A DNA stretch of 64,000 bases, taken from NCBI GenBank assembly GCA_039798785.1, contig JBDKFG010000029.1, positions 1 to 64,000 of the forward strand. The letters run 5' to 3'. Positions 18,234 through 28,015 of this stretch are shown here, piece after piece. Each line of letters begins with the position of its first letter. Within the stretch, counting starts at the first letter, position 1. Both the position numbers and the translations under genes were made by a program. The notes beneath the pieces were generated by a model that did not search any database, was not told where the DNA came from, and worked only from the letters and a program-made list of their open reading frames with translations. This stretch comes from Verrucomicrobiota bacterium (lineage in GTDB: Bacteria; Verrucomicrobiota; Lentisphaeria; Lentisphaerales; Lentisphaeraceae).

Positions 18234-19685
18234 ATGAAGAAAGCGGCTTTGGTTCTGTCCATCTGCGTGGCGGCGGCATTGTGGATCTCGGAATCCGAGC
18301 CGGTCGAGCCAAGTGTAAAAAACACGAAACACTCGGCGAAGCCTCTGGATCACGGAGTGTCGCAGGGCTCTGCGCAGAAAGTCGCGATGGCGAAGTCTGC
18401 GAGAATCCGGCCAGTTTCCGACCCGGCTCTTGATGAGCTGCGGCGGAGGCTGGATGAAGGGCTGGATCCGGACAGTGTCGAAAATGGCTATTACCTGCTG
18501 ACTGCGGCCATCAATGAGGGCAGCCTCGAGAAAGTCAGGCTGCTGCTTGAACGCGGAGCGCGGGTCACGCCCCTCAAGGCTTTATCCAGCGTTCGAGCCG
18601 ATGATGATTGGCTACCGATCAATGCGGCGGCGCTCAAAGGCGATCCCGAGATCTTCAAACTCCTGCTAGACCATGGAAATGACGCCGATTTCAGCTCCAG
18701 GTTCAAAATCGGCGGCGATGATGTCGAACATGATCGACCGCTGCTGATCTTTGCCACCAACAGCGGCTCGGTGGAGATCCTTGAGATGCTGGTCGAGAGG
18801 GCGGGAGGGCTAGAAGCCGCCCGCAAGCTTTGGCCGGACGGCCGGCCGGAGTATGCCGCGTGCGCACATGGGTACACCGAGGTCTTCGACTGGTTCAAGT
18901 CGCAAGGCGCCACCTTCGATGCCGCAGATCTGCTTTCCGGGGCCGCCCTTTACGGACGGCCGGAGATGATCGACTATCTGGTCTCCCAGGGCCTATCCCC
19001 CTCCAAGGACATGCTTGTTGACGCCAAGTTCAAAAACAGCTTCCTCGAGAGCGGAAATCCGGACATCCTCCAGCGATATCTGCAGTGGGGGGGCAAGGTC
19101 GACCTGGCCGACGAATCCACCCAGACGCTGTTGGCGAGACGCATCTCCACCGACATGCTCGAATATCTTGCCGGGCAGGAAGGCGGCGGCAAGCTTCTCG
19201 AGTCGGAGAACTTCAAGCTTCTCCTGATGAGCAACATCGACGACCGGGATGCCTTCAACTGGATGCTCGACAAGGGCATGGTCAAATTCGATGTTCCTGG
19301 CGAATGGAATGCGGCGTTCTCGGGGAAACCGGTGACCGTGCTGGAACTGGCCTTGGCGAACGGCCTGAACGTGAAGGCCGACGACGATAACGGGGACCGG
19401 CTGCTGCAATGGGCGGTCGCGCACGGCAACTCCGAGGCCGTGCAGTTCCTGATCGGCAAAGGCGCCGAGCTCGACCATCAGGACGCCCAGGGGACCACCG
19501 CGCTCGCCGAGGCGGCGATGCGCGGCAATGCCGAGCTGGTGCTCCAGCTTCTCGAGGCCGGCGCCAACCCGATGATCCTCGAATACAACGGGAAAAGCGC
19601 CCTGGATCGCGCCAAGGAAGCGGGGAACCCCCTGTTGATCGACAAGCTGCGCGAGCTCGGAGTGCCGGAGGGCCGCGGACTCTGA
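18234..19685 (+). CDS. Exported/membrane-anchored ankyrin repeat protein
   Basis: N-terminal hydrophobic segment; ankyrin units LLTAAINEG...LLERGA, GDRLLQWAVAHG, GTTALAEAAMRG, GKSALDRA. Confidence 0.88.
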   Translation: MKKAALVLSICVAAALWISESEPVEPSVKNTKHSAKPLDHGVSQGSAQKVAMAKSARIRPVSDPALDELRRRLDEGLDPDSVENGYYLLTAAINEGSLEKVRLLLERGARVTPLKALSSVRADDDWLPINAAALKGDPEIFKLLLDHGNDADFSSRFKIGGDDVEHDRPLLIFATNSGSVEILEMLVERAGGLEAARKLWPDGRPEYAACAHGYTEVFDWFKSQGATFDAADLLSGAALYGRPEMIDYLVSQGLSPSKDMLVDAKFKNSFLESGNPDILQRYLQWGGKVDLADESTQTLLARRISTDMLEYLAGQEGGGKLLESENFKLLLMSNIDDRDAFNWMLDKGMVKFDVPGEWNAAFSGKPVTVLELALANGLNVKADDDNGDRLLQWAVAHGNSEAVQFLIGKGAELDHQDAQGTTALAEAAMRGNAELVLQLLEAGANPMILEYNGKSALDRAKEAGNPLLIDKLRELGVPEGRGL

Positions 19686-19719
19686 AAGCGCGGTGATCGT
19701 GCACAAGCCGAGTCGTGAA

Positions 19720-20490
19720 TCAACTGCAGACCAGTTTCACTCCGGCGAGAAACACGAGGGCCCGGACGGCGACATTGAAGCCTTTCTCTGGAATTCTTTT
19801 GACCAGAAGAAACCCAAGCCAGCAGCCCAAGAGCACTGCCGGAGTCAAGAGCAAGGTCAATTCCAAGGTGTCGAGCTTCAGAGTGCCCGTGGCGACGCCG
19901 AGGATCGGCACCTTGGCGCAATTCAGGACCAGAAAGAACCAGACCCCTGTGCCCACAAAGGCTTCCTTCGGCAACTTCTGTGCGAGCAGGTAAAGATTCA
20001 TTACCGGCCCGGCGGCATTCATCGTCGTGGCGACCCCGGCGACGAATCCGGTTGCCGGCGCGGCGTGAGGGTGCTCGCGCAACCAATCCTCGACTCCTTT
20101 TTTCCAGATGCTGAGCGCCAACATCACCAGGATCAGAATCCCCAGCATCGGCCGCAAGTGGCGATCCAAAAAAGCCAGCGGGGAGTTCTCCTGATGCGCC
20201 TGCCAGAGCACGTAGGAGCAGATCGCCGTCCCGGCCAGGACCCACGGAACCAGAGGCCAAAGCCGTCGCTGATCGCCATGGCGACGCCAGGCGATCACTG
20301 CCGTGACGTCGGCGACGATCAGCACCGGCAGCAGCAAGCCGGCTGAGGTGAAGGGATCAAAGACCGAAGCGAAGATCGGCACTGCGAGAATGCCGATGCC
20401 GGACAATCCCGTCTTCGCGCCGCCGATCAGGAATGCGGCCAAGGCGAGAAGCAGAAAGTCGAGAGGGCTGAGGTGAAAAGGAAGCGACAT
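19720..20490 (-). CDS. Sulfite exporter TauE/SafE family membrane protein
   Basis: GGAKTGLSG, LLPVLIVADV, NAAGPVMNLYLL, FVGT..WFF...N..KVP. Confidence 0.88.
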   Translation of the reverse strand: MSLPFHLSPLDFLLLALAAFLIGGAKTGLSGIGILAVPIFASVFDPFTSAGLLLPVLIVADVTAVIAWRRHGDQRRLWPLVPWVLAGTAICSYVLWQAHQENSPLAFLDRHLRPMLGILILVMLALSIWKKGVEDWLREHPHAAPATGFVAGVATTMNAAGPVMNLYLLAQKLPKEAFVGTGVWFFLVLNCAKVPILGVATGTLKLDTLELTLLLTPAVLLGCWLGFLLVKRIPEKGFNVAVRALVFLAGVKLVCS

Positions 20491-20856
20491 GAAGGCTCCG
20501 TTATGATTGCTGACCCTACAGCGTTTAGGCGGCGATGCTTCTATCGCAGCCGATGCACGAGCGGGGAATCCGGCTTGTATGACCGTCTGAGCTCGAGAGA
20601 AATCAAGTCAAGGGCCCCCTCTCTGGTCTTGGCGAGGCGCATGCAGCCTGTGTCGCCCTGCCAGCCCCGGGGCTCGTCTCCATGCCGCAACCATCCTCAG
20701 AAAGTCGATTCCCGCATTTAGAATCATCATCGAAGCCTGTTATGAAAGCGGCGAAGCTTGCAATAACTGGATGTGGCGAGCTGGCGACGAGAGGCGGAAG
20801 GCTTTCCCCCGAAAGTTCGACACGCCCACAAACAGGAAAACCCAGGAAGCTCTCCC

Positions 20857-21561
20857 ATGAGAATGAAAACCGCTTTAGCCATCGCTCTGTCTGCAGTTCT
20901 CGGCAGCTGCGTCACCTACCACACCACCAAGGTGGCAAGTGCCGAGAGAGTGAAAGTCGAGTTCGAGTCCGACGAGGCCAAATCCCTGTTCTACGAAGTG
21001 ATGTTGCAGAAGCTGGAGCCCAAAGAGGGCGGGCAAGTCTGTGTCGGTCTGTGGCTGTGGATCCACAGTTCAAAGACTCTTCCATCAAACGATTTCCTGT
21101 TCAATGAAACCGCAAAAGATGCCGACCTCAACAAGGACGGAATCCTCACGCTTGCCGAGATCAAGAAATTAAAGCTTGATGCGTCCCTCAAAAGTCACCG
21201 CGTAGCGGTCGAAGCTGGCTTAGCCTGGGGCATCGCCCCAGGTTTTGAGCGTGAAAGGGTGCCGCCTCGCGTAAGCCAGGGCGATGGCAAGGAATCCAGC
21301 AACGCCCGGGTCGCTCATTCACATTCCGATGCGGATCTGAGCACCTGGTATTACCCCGTGTCCCCCGCAATGCATGAGCGTCTTGTAAAGGACCCCAATA
21401 TTGCGGCCTTCTTCGAGCCCATGGGAATGAATTTCCAGGATGGCAGGAAGATCCAGTATGTCGCCTCAGCGCAGAGGCTGGTCGCGACCGGAAATGATGA
21501 AGACTTGAAGAAGCTGGAAAAGGTGGTGGGTGAGCTGGAACGAACCCCCACGCAATGTTGA
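20857..21561 (+). CDS. Putative lipoprotein with EF-hand-like loop and secretin-N-like C-terminal domain
   Basis: Lipobox-like VLGSC; DLNKDGILTLAE EF-hand; C-terminal FFEPMGMNF..G..IQY......LVATGN.EDLKKLE. Confidence 0.6.
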   Translation: MRMKTALAIALSAVLGSCVTYHTTKVASAERVKVEFESDEAKSLFYEVMLQKLEPKEGGQVCVGLWLWIHSSKTLPSNDFLFNETAKDADLNKDGILTLAEIKKLKLDASLKSHRVAVEAGLAWGIAPGFERERVPPRVSQGDGKESSNARVAHSHSDADLSTWYYPVSPAMHERLVKDPNIAAFFEPMGMNFQDGRKIQYVASAQRLVATGNDEDLKKLEKVVGELERTPTQC

Positions 21562-21576
21562 GCCAGAGGCGCCACG

Positions 21577-22773
21577 ATGCAAAAACCTCAGAAACTACTC
21601 CCATGCCTCACGGCCTGTCTTGCCGCCTGTCTTGCTGGCCTGTGGATGACGGAATCCACGGCGACAGGAGGGAGCTCACCGCCGCCGGAAACACGAGCCG
21701 CCCGGGTTCGGCCTTCCGTTCCTGTTGCTGCAATGCCGATCATGACGCATGGGGCTGCCGATCCAGGCACCGAGGAGGCTGGCGACAGCCTGGAACTCCC
21801 CGGCGAAGACATCACGTTTGAATCTCATGGCGTCGTTACCACATTCAAGTCCCAATGCGACATCTTGCCCATTGAGTTGCGGAGCCGGCTCGATGCAGGG
21901 CTGGATCCGAACAGCATCGAAGATGGCCAATACTTGTTGACCGCGGCCATCAACGAAGGCAGTGCGGAGAAAGTTCAGCTGCTTCTGGAATTCGGCGCGA
22001 CGGTGAATCTCACTTGTCCTCCTGTCGATGAATCCGGAAGGGCATGCATTTGGAGCCGGGACGGCGATCTCTGGCTACCGATCAATGCGGCGGCGCGGAA
22101 AGGCAATGCGGAGATCTTCAAGCTTCTGCTCGATCACGGAGCGGTCCTGAGTAGCAGTACAACCTACGCCGCCGCTTCCTCGGGCAGCATCCAGGTCATG
22201 GAGTGTCTCGAGTCACGGGGTGTCGATTTCAATCCGACGGAGCTGTTTGATGTCGCCGCATTCAACGAGAAGGAGGAAATGATCGAGTTTCTCATCGCCC
22301 GCGGCGCCGCTCCATCGCAGGAAAAGCTCGCCAACTCGATACTCTTTTACCGTTTTCTTGCAGGCAGTGCGAAGATGGTTCAGCTGTATCTGAGACTGGG
22401 CGGAGATCTCGACCTTGGCGATAGAGAAACGCAGTGCCTTTTGGCGAAGGAAATGACTTCCGAAAAACTGGAATGCCTCTTTCGTCTGGAAGGCGGCAGG
22501 ACGCTTCTCCGGAGTCCGGATTTCCAGGCCTTCCTGCAAAATAACGATCTATCTGGGTCTACAGCCCTCCATTTCGCCGTCGAGGCAGGCAGCCTGGAGA
22601 TAGTGGACGAGCTGCTGGCCCATGGCGCCAACCCGGGGGCTGTAAATCACAGGGGACAGACCTCCCTCGACCTGGCATTGAATAAAAAACCCAGCCCGGA
22701 AAACACGCTGCTGATCGCCAGGCTCCGAGAACTCGGCGTCCCGGAAAACCGGATGAGAGACGGCGAGCGATGA
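21577..22773 (+). CDS. Exported/membrane-anchored ankyrin repeat protein (paralog of 18234-19685)
   Basis: Shares LDxGLDP.S.E.G.YLLTAAINEGS, WLPINAAA.KG..EIFKLLLDHG and LRELGVPE; GSTALHFAVEAG. Confidence 0.85.
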   Translation: MQKPQKLLPCLTACLAACLAGLWMTESTATGGSSPPPETRAARVRPSVPVAAMPIMTHGAADPGTEEAGDSLELPGEDITFESHGVVTTFKSQCDILPIELRSRLDAGLDPNSIEDGQYLLTAAINEGSAEKVQLLLEFGATVNLTCPPVDESGRACIWSRDGDLWLPINAAARKGNAEIFKLLLDHGAVLSSSTTYAAASSGSIQVMECLESRGVDFNPTELFDVAAFNEKEEMIEFLIARGAAPSQEKLANSILFYRFLAGSAKMVQLYLRLGGDLDLGDRETQCLLAKEMTSEKLECLFRLEGGRTLLRSPDFQAFLQNNDLSGSTALHFAVEAGSLEIVDELLAHGANPGAVNHRGQTSLDLALNKKPSPENTLLIARLRELGVPENRMRDGER

Positions 22774-22902
22774 TCTGGACACTCCTGATGGGACGGTGAT
22801 GAGAAGACGCCCTGCCCGCAGTCTGGCGCACCTTCAAAACCGCTCCCATGACGGCCACTGATTTGCACCTGGAAACGGATGGAAACACCCTCGGGAACCC
22901 CC

Positions 22903-24051
22903 ATGAAAAGACTTGTCCTGCTGATCATCGCCCTCATCGCCGCGGGCTTCCTCGCCGCCCAATTCGCCGCCCGCCCGGCAAGGCCGCCGGCCGAAGGCTC
23001 AAGCCAGGTCCGGCGTCCGCCGTCGCCTCCCCGGTCCGCCGTCCAGGGCCACGCCTTCGATTCCGGAGCTCTGCCGCGCTTCTTCAAAGGCCTCGAACGC
23101 GGCGTCCTGCCGGCGGCCGCCAGCAGCCGCGAACTGATCGACAAGGCCTTCGCCGCAGGCAGCGAGGACGCTCTGGTCGGCCTGCTGGAATGCGGCATGA
23201 TTCTCGACGAGCAGGAGACCCGGGAACTGGCCGGGCGGCTGGTCGCGCAGGGATGGGACCGGGCCCTGGATGCGCTGCTGGCGAAAGACGGCTGCGGCCA
23301 GCACCCCGAGGAGTTGATGATGGAGACGGTGAAGCAGGGGCGGCTTTCCTGCCTTCTCGTCCTCGAGGCCCGCGGCCTGAGCTTCGATCCCGCCGCTTCG
23401 GAGGAGCTGCTGCTCGCGGCCCAGACCGCAGGCGACCGGGAGCTCTTCGAACACCTCATCTCCCGCGGCGCGATCCCTTCGGAGGAGAAGCTCTACAAGA
23501 CCATCGAGGAGTCCGGCTTCGAGGAGCTTGAAAGCGGCTCGCCGGCGACCAAGAGCTTCCTCGCCAAGGACGGCGGCGAACCATTCAGGATCCAGGCGAT
23601 CAGGGACGCGGAGGGGAATCTCGGACTGACCCTGAGCCAGGGAAAAAATCAAAGGTCGCTCCTGCTGGTAGAGGGAGCCACGACGAGCTTCATGCTCTCC
23701 TTGAATGACAAGTGCCCGGTCGCCTGGAAGGAGTCGATGGACGGCTCCGAGGCGGTGCCGGTCTACGGCAGGCAGCATGTCGGCGTCGAGCTCCAGGCGG
23801 GGCTTCTCGAAGGGAAGATCTGGTATCGCCTGGCAAGCACCGATCTGGCCGGGAACGAGGACGCGACGGGGGTGCTTCGAACGACCAGGTACCTGCATGC
23901 GCAGGCATGCGGCGAGATCGAAGCCGGGGAGCTCCGCGAGACGGTCGAAAGGCCCCTCACCGGCGTCGAATTCAGCTCCGGCAAAGAGGTCACCGACATC
24001 GAAGATGTGTGGCGGGCGATTTTTTGCGGTGAATCGCGGCGAAAAAGGTGA
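22903..24051 (+). CDS. Membrane-anchored hypothetical protein with degenerate ankyrin-like helices
   Basis: N-terminal TM MKRLVLLIIALIAAGFL; ELLLAAQTAGDRELFEHLISRGA ankyrin-like segment. Confidence 0.6.
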   Translation: MKRLVLLIIALIAAGFLAAQFAARPARPPAEGSSQVRRPPSPPRSAVQGHAFDSGALPRFFKGLERGVLPAAASSRELIDKAFAAGSEDALVGLLECGMILDEQETRELAGRLVAQGWDRALDALLAKDGCGQHPEELMMETVKQGRLSCLLVLEARGLSFDPAASEELLLAAQTAGDRELFEHLISRGAIPSEEKLYKTIEESGFEELESGSPATKSFLAKDGGEPFRIQAIRDAEGNLGLTLSQGKNQRSLLLVEGATTSFMLSLNDKCPVAWKESMDGSEAVPVYGRQHVGVELQAGLLEGKIWYRLASTDLAGNEDATGVLRTTRYLHAQACGEIEAGELRETVERPLTGVEFSSGKEVTDIEDVWRAIFCGESRRKR

Positions 24052-24096
24052 CGGTCTGTAAGAATCCGTTCCGGCGCCGCAAGCAGAGTATGAGTC

Positions 24097-25086
24097 GTGA
24101 ACCGAATGCCCTCTGCACAACGCCCAAGGAGAGTCCTCATGCCCGCCGGAATCGCCCGTCTGCTGCTCTGCCTCGCCATCGCCGCCCAGGCCGCCGAAGC
24201 CCCGCCGCCAGCCACCGAAAAACCCTGGATCTTCGCCCATCGCGGCGCCAGCGGCGAACGCCCGGAGCACACTCTCGGCGCCTACCGCCTGGCCCTGGAG
24301 CAAGGCGCAGACTTCATCGAGCCGGATCTGCGCATGACCAAGGACGGCGTCTTCATCGCTCTGCACGACGGCAGCCTCAACCGCACCACCGATGTCGCCG
24401 CCCATCCGGAATTCGCGGATCGCGCAAAAGTCGACAAGAAGGGCGAGAAATACTGGGTTCCCGGCGATTTCACCCTCGCCGAAATCCGCAGTCTCCGCTG
24501 CCGCCAGGGCACTGCCGGCAGGCCGAAGGATTTCGACGGCAAAGAAGGCATCCCGACTCTCGAGGAGGTCGTCGAGCTGGTGCGCACTTGGAACCGCGAT
24601 CACAAGACGCGCGTCGGCCTGGTGCCGGAACTCCGCGGCGGCGCCGAGGCCTTTGTCGAATTCGTCCGGAAGCAACATCTCGAAGACGCCGAAGCGCCGC
24701 CGATCTATCTGCAATCTTTCGAGGCCGGCACTCTGAAAAAGGTCCGGAAGGAGCTCAAATTCCCGGCCGCTCTTCTCCTCAGCGAAGCGCCGAAAAAAGA
24801 ACAGCTCGCCGAGCTGAAGAAGGACTTCGATGCGGTCGCCGTCGGCAAGGCCTCGTGCCTCAGCCCCGAGGCGGCGGCCTGGATCGCCGAGGCGCATGCC
24901 CAGGGGCTGCAGGTGATCGCCTGGACCTTCGACGACGCGAAGTACGACAAGAAGCGCTTCCGGTCGAGCCGGGAGGAGATGGAATGCGCCTTCCGCAACG
25001 GCGTCGACGCTCTCTTCTCCGACTTCCCCGCCAGCGGCGTCGAGGCCAAGAAGGCCTTCCTCGAAACCGAGAAGGCCGGACGATGA
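24097..25086 (+). CDS. glpQ: Glycerophosphodiester phosphodiesterase
   Basis: AHRGASGERPEHTLGAY...GADFIEPDL.MTKDG....HD..L.RTT; IPTLEEV; GVDALFSDFP; signal peptide. The start may be 24139. Confidence 0.92.
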   Translation: MNRMPSAQRPRRVLMPAGIARLLLCLAIAAQAAEAPPPATEKPWIFAHRGASGERPEHTLGAYRLALEQGADFIEPDLRMTKDGVFIALHDGSLNRTTDVAAHPEFADRAKVDKKGEKYWVPGDFTLAEIRSLRCRQGTAGRPKDFDGKEGIPTLEEVVELVRTWNRDHKTRVGLVPELRGGAEAFVEFVRKQHLEDAEAPPIYLQSFEAGTLKKVRKELKFPAALLLSEAPKKEQLAELKKDFDAVAVGKASCLSPEAAAWIAEAHAQGLQVIAWTFDDAKYDKKRFRSSREEMECAFRNGVDALFSDFPASGVEAKKAFLETEKAGR

Positions 25087-26639
25087 ATCGCGACGAACAT
25101 CTCCGGCGGGCGCTCGACAATCCTGGCTTCGACCTCGCCATCATCGGCGCCGGAGCCACTGGCCTCGGCTGCGCCCTCGATGCCGCCAGCCGCGGCTGGC
25201 GCGTCCTGCTTATCGACCAGGATGACTTCGCCAAGGGAACTTCCAGCCGCAGCACCAAGCTGGTCCACGGCGGTGTGCGCTATCTCCGCCAAGGCGACTT
25301 CAGCCTCGTCTTCGAGGCCCTCCGCGAACGCCGCCGCCTCTGCCGGAATGCGCCGCACCTGGTCAGGCCGCTCGACTTCGTCATCCCCACCTACCGCCGC
25401 GGCGCCAAAACCTTCTACCGCTGCGGGCTCAAGCTCTACGATCTGCTCGCCGGCAAGGACAATCTGCAGCCCTCGCGAGGCCTCAGCCGCGCTGAAACCC
25501 TGGCGCGCCTCCCGGAACTCAAGCAGGAGCGACTCAAGGGCGGCGTGCTCTACCAAGACGGCCAGTTCGACGATGCTCGACTTGCCCTCAGCCTCGCGCG
25601 CAGCGCGGTCGATGCGGGGGCAACGGTGATCAACCATTGCCGCTGCGTCGGGCTGCTTAAGGACGATGGGAAGATCCATGGTCTGGAGCTCGAGGATCGC
25701 GAAAGCGGACGGCGTCTGGTAGTGCAGGCTCGCTGCGTCATCAACGCCACCGGCGTCTTTGTCGACCAGCTCCGCTCCCTCGACTTCCCAGGTTGTCAGG
25801 GATTGCTCAACATCAGCCAGGGAATTCACCTCGTCCTGCCGCTTGACTTCCTCCCCGGCGGCACCGCGTTGATGATCCCCGAAACTGACGACGGACGCGT
25901 CCTCTTCGCCATCCCCTGGCATGGACGCCTGCTGCTCGGGACCACCGACACCCCCGTCCCCGAGGCCGGACTCGAGCCGAGGGCGCTGGAGAGCGAGATC
26001 GATTTCGTCCTGCGCCATGCGGCGCGCTACCTCGTCCGGGCGCCCGGACGAAGCGACATCCTCAGCGTCTTCACCGGCCTCCGACCCCTGGTCCGCAAGG
26101 ACGGATCCGGCAGCACCGCCGCGCTTTCCCGCGAGCACCTCATCGAGATCTCGGGATCCGGCCTGGTCACCGTCACGGGCGGCAAGTGGACCACCTACCG
26201 CCGCATGGCCGAAGAGCTGATCGACTGCGTCGGGGAGCGCCTCGGCGAAGGCTCCCGCCGCTGCCGCACCGCCGATCTGCCGCTGCACGGGGCCACAGCG
26301 TCTCCCGAGCCCGGTCTCGAGGTCTACGGCAGCGACGCCGCCGCGATCCAGGCTCTTGCCGTCGCTGACCCCCGCCTAGCCGGCCCTCTGCATCCGGCTC
26401 TGCCCTACCGCCGCGCCGAGGTGGTCTGGCAAGTCCGCCACGAGATGGCGAGGACCTTGGAAGACGTGCTTTCCCGCCGCACCCGCGCCCTCATTCTCGA
26501 CGCCCGGGCCTGCATCGAGGCGGCCGAGGGTGTCGCCGATCTCATGGCCGGAGAATTGCGTTGGACGCAAGAACAGCGGCAAAATCAGTTCGAGGCTTTC
26601 CGTCGGCTTGCCCTCGCCTATCTTCCTCCTGAAACCTGA
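25083..26639 (+). CDS. glpD: FAD-dependent glycerol-3-phosphate dehydrogenase
   Basis: IIGAGATG.G.ALDAASRG, GTSSRSTKLVHGGVRYL, DGQFDDARL, GGKWTTYR, RRTR. ATG 25083 overlaps the glpQ stop. Confidence 0.95.
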   Translation: MNRDEHLRRALDNPGFDLAIIGAGATGLGCALDAASRGWRVLLIDQDDFAKGTSSRSTKLVHGGVRYLRQGDFSLVFEALRERRRLCRNAPHLVRPLDFVIPTYRRGAKTFYRCGLKLYDLLAGKDNLQPSRGLSRAETLARLPELKQERLKGGVLYQDGQFDDARLALSLARSAVDAGATVINHCRCVGLLKDDGKIHGLELEDRESGRRLVVQARCVINATGVFVDQLRSLDFPGCQGLLNISQGIHLVLPLDFLPGGTALMIPETDDGRVLFAIPWHGRLLLGTTDTPVPEAGLEPRALESEIDFVLRHAARYLVRAPGRSDILSVFTGLRPLVRKDGSGSTAALSREHLIEISGSGLVTVTGGKWTTYRRMAEELIDCVGERLGEGSRRCRTADLPLHGATASPEPGLEVYGSDAAAIQALAVADPRLAGPLHPALPYRRAEVVWQVRHEMARTLEDVLSRRTRALILDARACIEAAEGVADLMAGELRWTQEQRQNQFEAFRRLALAYLPPET

Positions 26640-26654
26640 AGCCCGGGATCGGAC

Positions 26655-27995
26655 ATGAACAACCCCTTCAGACCTGCGCCCGAGATCCCGCCTCTGCCGC
26701 AGGATCAGGTCGACGCGGAATACCGCCGTCTGCGCCGCCGCGTCTTCCTCGGCATCTTCATCGGCTACGTCGCCTACTATCTGGTGCGGAAGAACTTCGC
26801 CCTGGCGATCCCCGACATCCTGGCCGAGCATCCCGAGTACACCAAGGCCCAGCTCGGCACGGCGATGACCGGCCTGTCGATCGCCTACGGCCTGTCGAAG
26901 TTCCTGATGGGCTCGGTGTCGGACCGCAGCAATCCGCGCTGGTTCATGACCGCCGGCCTGCTCTTCTCCTGCGGCATCACCCTCGCCTTCGGCTGCGTCA
27001 AGGCGATCTACGCCTCGCTGGCCCTGGTCATCGTGCTGCAGACCCTCAACGGCTGGGTCAACGGCATGGGCTGGCCACCCTGCGGCAAGACCATGGTGCA
27101 CTGGTTTGGCGCTCGCGAACGCGGCCGCACTGTGTCGCTGTGGAACATCTCCCACAACATCGGCGGCGCCCTGGTCGCGTCGCTGGCGATGTTCGGAGTC
27201 TGGCTTTTCTCCGGCGACTGGGGCGCCAAGTTCAGCTTCAACGCCCTCGTCGCCCTGGTCATGGCGGCGATCACCTTCTGGCTGCTGCGCGACACGCCGC
27301 AGAGCTGCGGCCTGCCGCCGATCGAGGTCTACAAAGGCGAGGCCGGCGCGGGCTATTCGGCGGAGAAGGAGAAGACGCTCGATTTCCGCGCCATTTTCTT
27401 CCGGCACATCTTCCCCAACAAGCTGCTCTGGGCCATCGCCTTCGCCAACGCCTTCGTCTACTTCGTCCGTTACGGCGTCGTCGACTGGATTCCGACCTAC
27501 CTCCAGCAGGCCAAGCATTTCGACTTTGACAAAGCCGGCGCCGCCTGGTCGCTGTTCGAATACGCCGCCATTCCCGGCACGATCCTCTGCGGCTGGCTGT
27601 CGGACACCGTCTTCAAGGGCCGCCGCGCCCCTGCCTCGATCCTCTTCATGCTCTGCACCCTCGGCGGCGTCGCGCTCTACGCCTGCAATCAGCACGGACC
27701 GCTGTGGATCGACTACGTCGCGCTCTTCGTCATCGGCTTCTTCATCTACGGTCCGATCATGCTCATCGGCCTGCACGCCCTCGAGTTGGTGCCGAAGAAG
27801 GCCGCCGGCACCGCGGCCGGCTTCACCGGTTTCTTCGGCTATGTCTTCGGCTCCGCCTTTGCCGGCACCGGCGTCGGCTGGATCGCCGATCACTGGGGCT
27901 GGAACGGCGTCTTCAGCGCCATGGCACTGTCATGCCTGCTCGCCATCGCCTTCACTGCGATTACCTTGCGTGAAAACCCACGCCGCATAAACTGA
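26655..27995 (+). CDS. glpT: Glycerol-3-phosphate transporter (MFS, OPA family)
   Basis: YYLVRKNF, AYGLSKF.MG.VSDRSN, GMGWPPCG, WNISHNIGG, YGP.MLIGLHALEL.PKKAAGTAAGFTG. Confidence 0.95.
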   Translation: MNNPFRPAPEIPPLPQDQVDAEYRRLRRRVFLGIFIGYVAYYLVRKNFALAIPDILAEHPEYTKAQLGTAMTGLSIAYGLSKFLMGSVSDRSNPRWFMTAGLLFSCGITLAFGCVKAIYASLALVIVLQTLNGWVNGMGWPPCGKTMVHWFGARERGRTVSLWNISHNIGGALVASLAMFGVWLFSGDWGAKFSFNALVALVMAAITFWLLRDTPQSCGLPPIEVYKGEAGAGYSAEKEKTLDFRAIFFRHIFPNKLLWAIAFANAFVYFVRYGVVDWIPTYLQQAKHFDFDKAGAAWSLFEYAAIPGTILCGWLSDTVFKGRRAPASILFMLCTLGGVALYACNQHGPLWIDYVALFVIGFFIYGPIMLIGLHALELVPKKAAGTAAGFTGFFGYVFGSAFAGTGVGWIADHWGWNGVFSAMALSCLLAIAFTAITLRENPRRIN

Positions 27996-28015
27996 GAATG
28001 GAACCGGAGGTCAGA

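Noticed and set aside
20713..20728. ATTTAGAATCATC match to the 31573 operator region
   Set aside because: Only a half-site match lacking the left arm of the palindrome; may be chance.
24048..26639. 863-aa ORF suggesting a long N-terminal extension on GlpD
   Set aside because: The extension is an alternative frame of glpQ; GlpD homology starts at ATG 25083, overlapping the glpQ stop.
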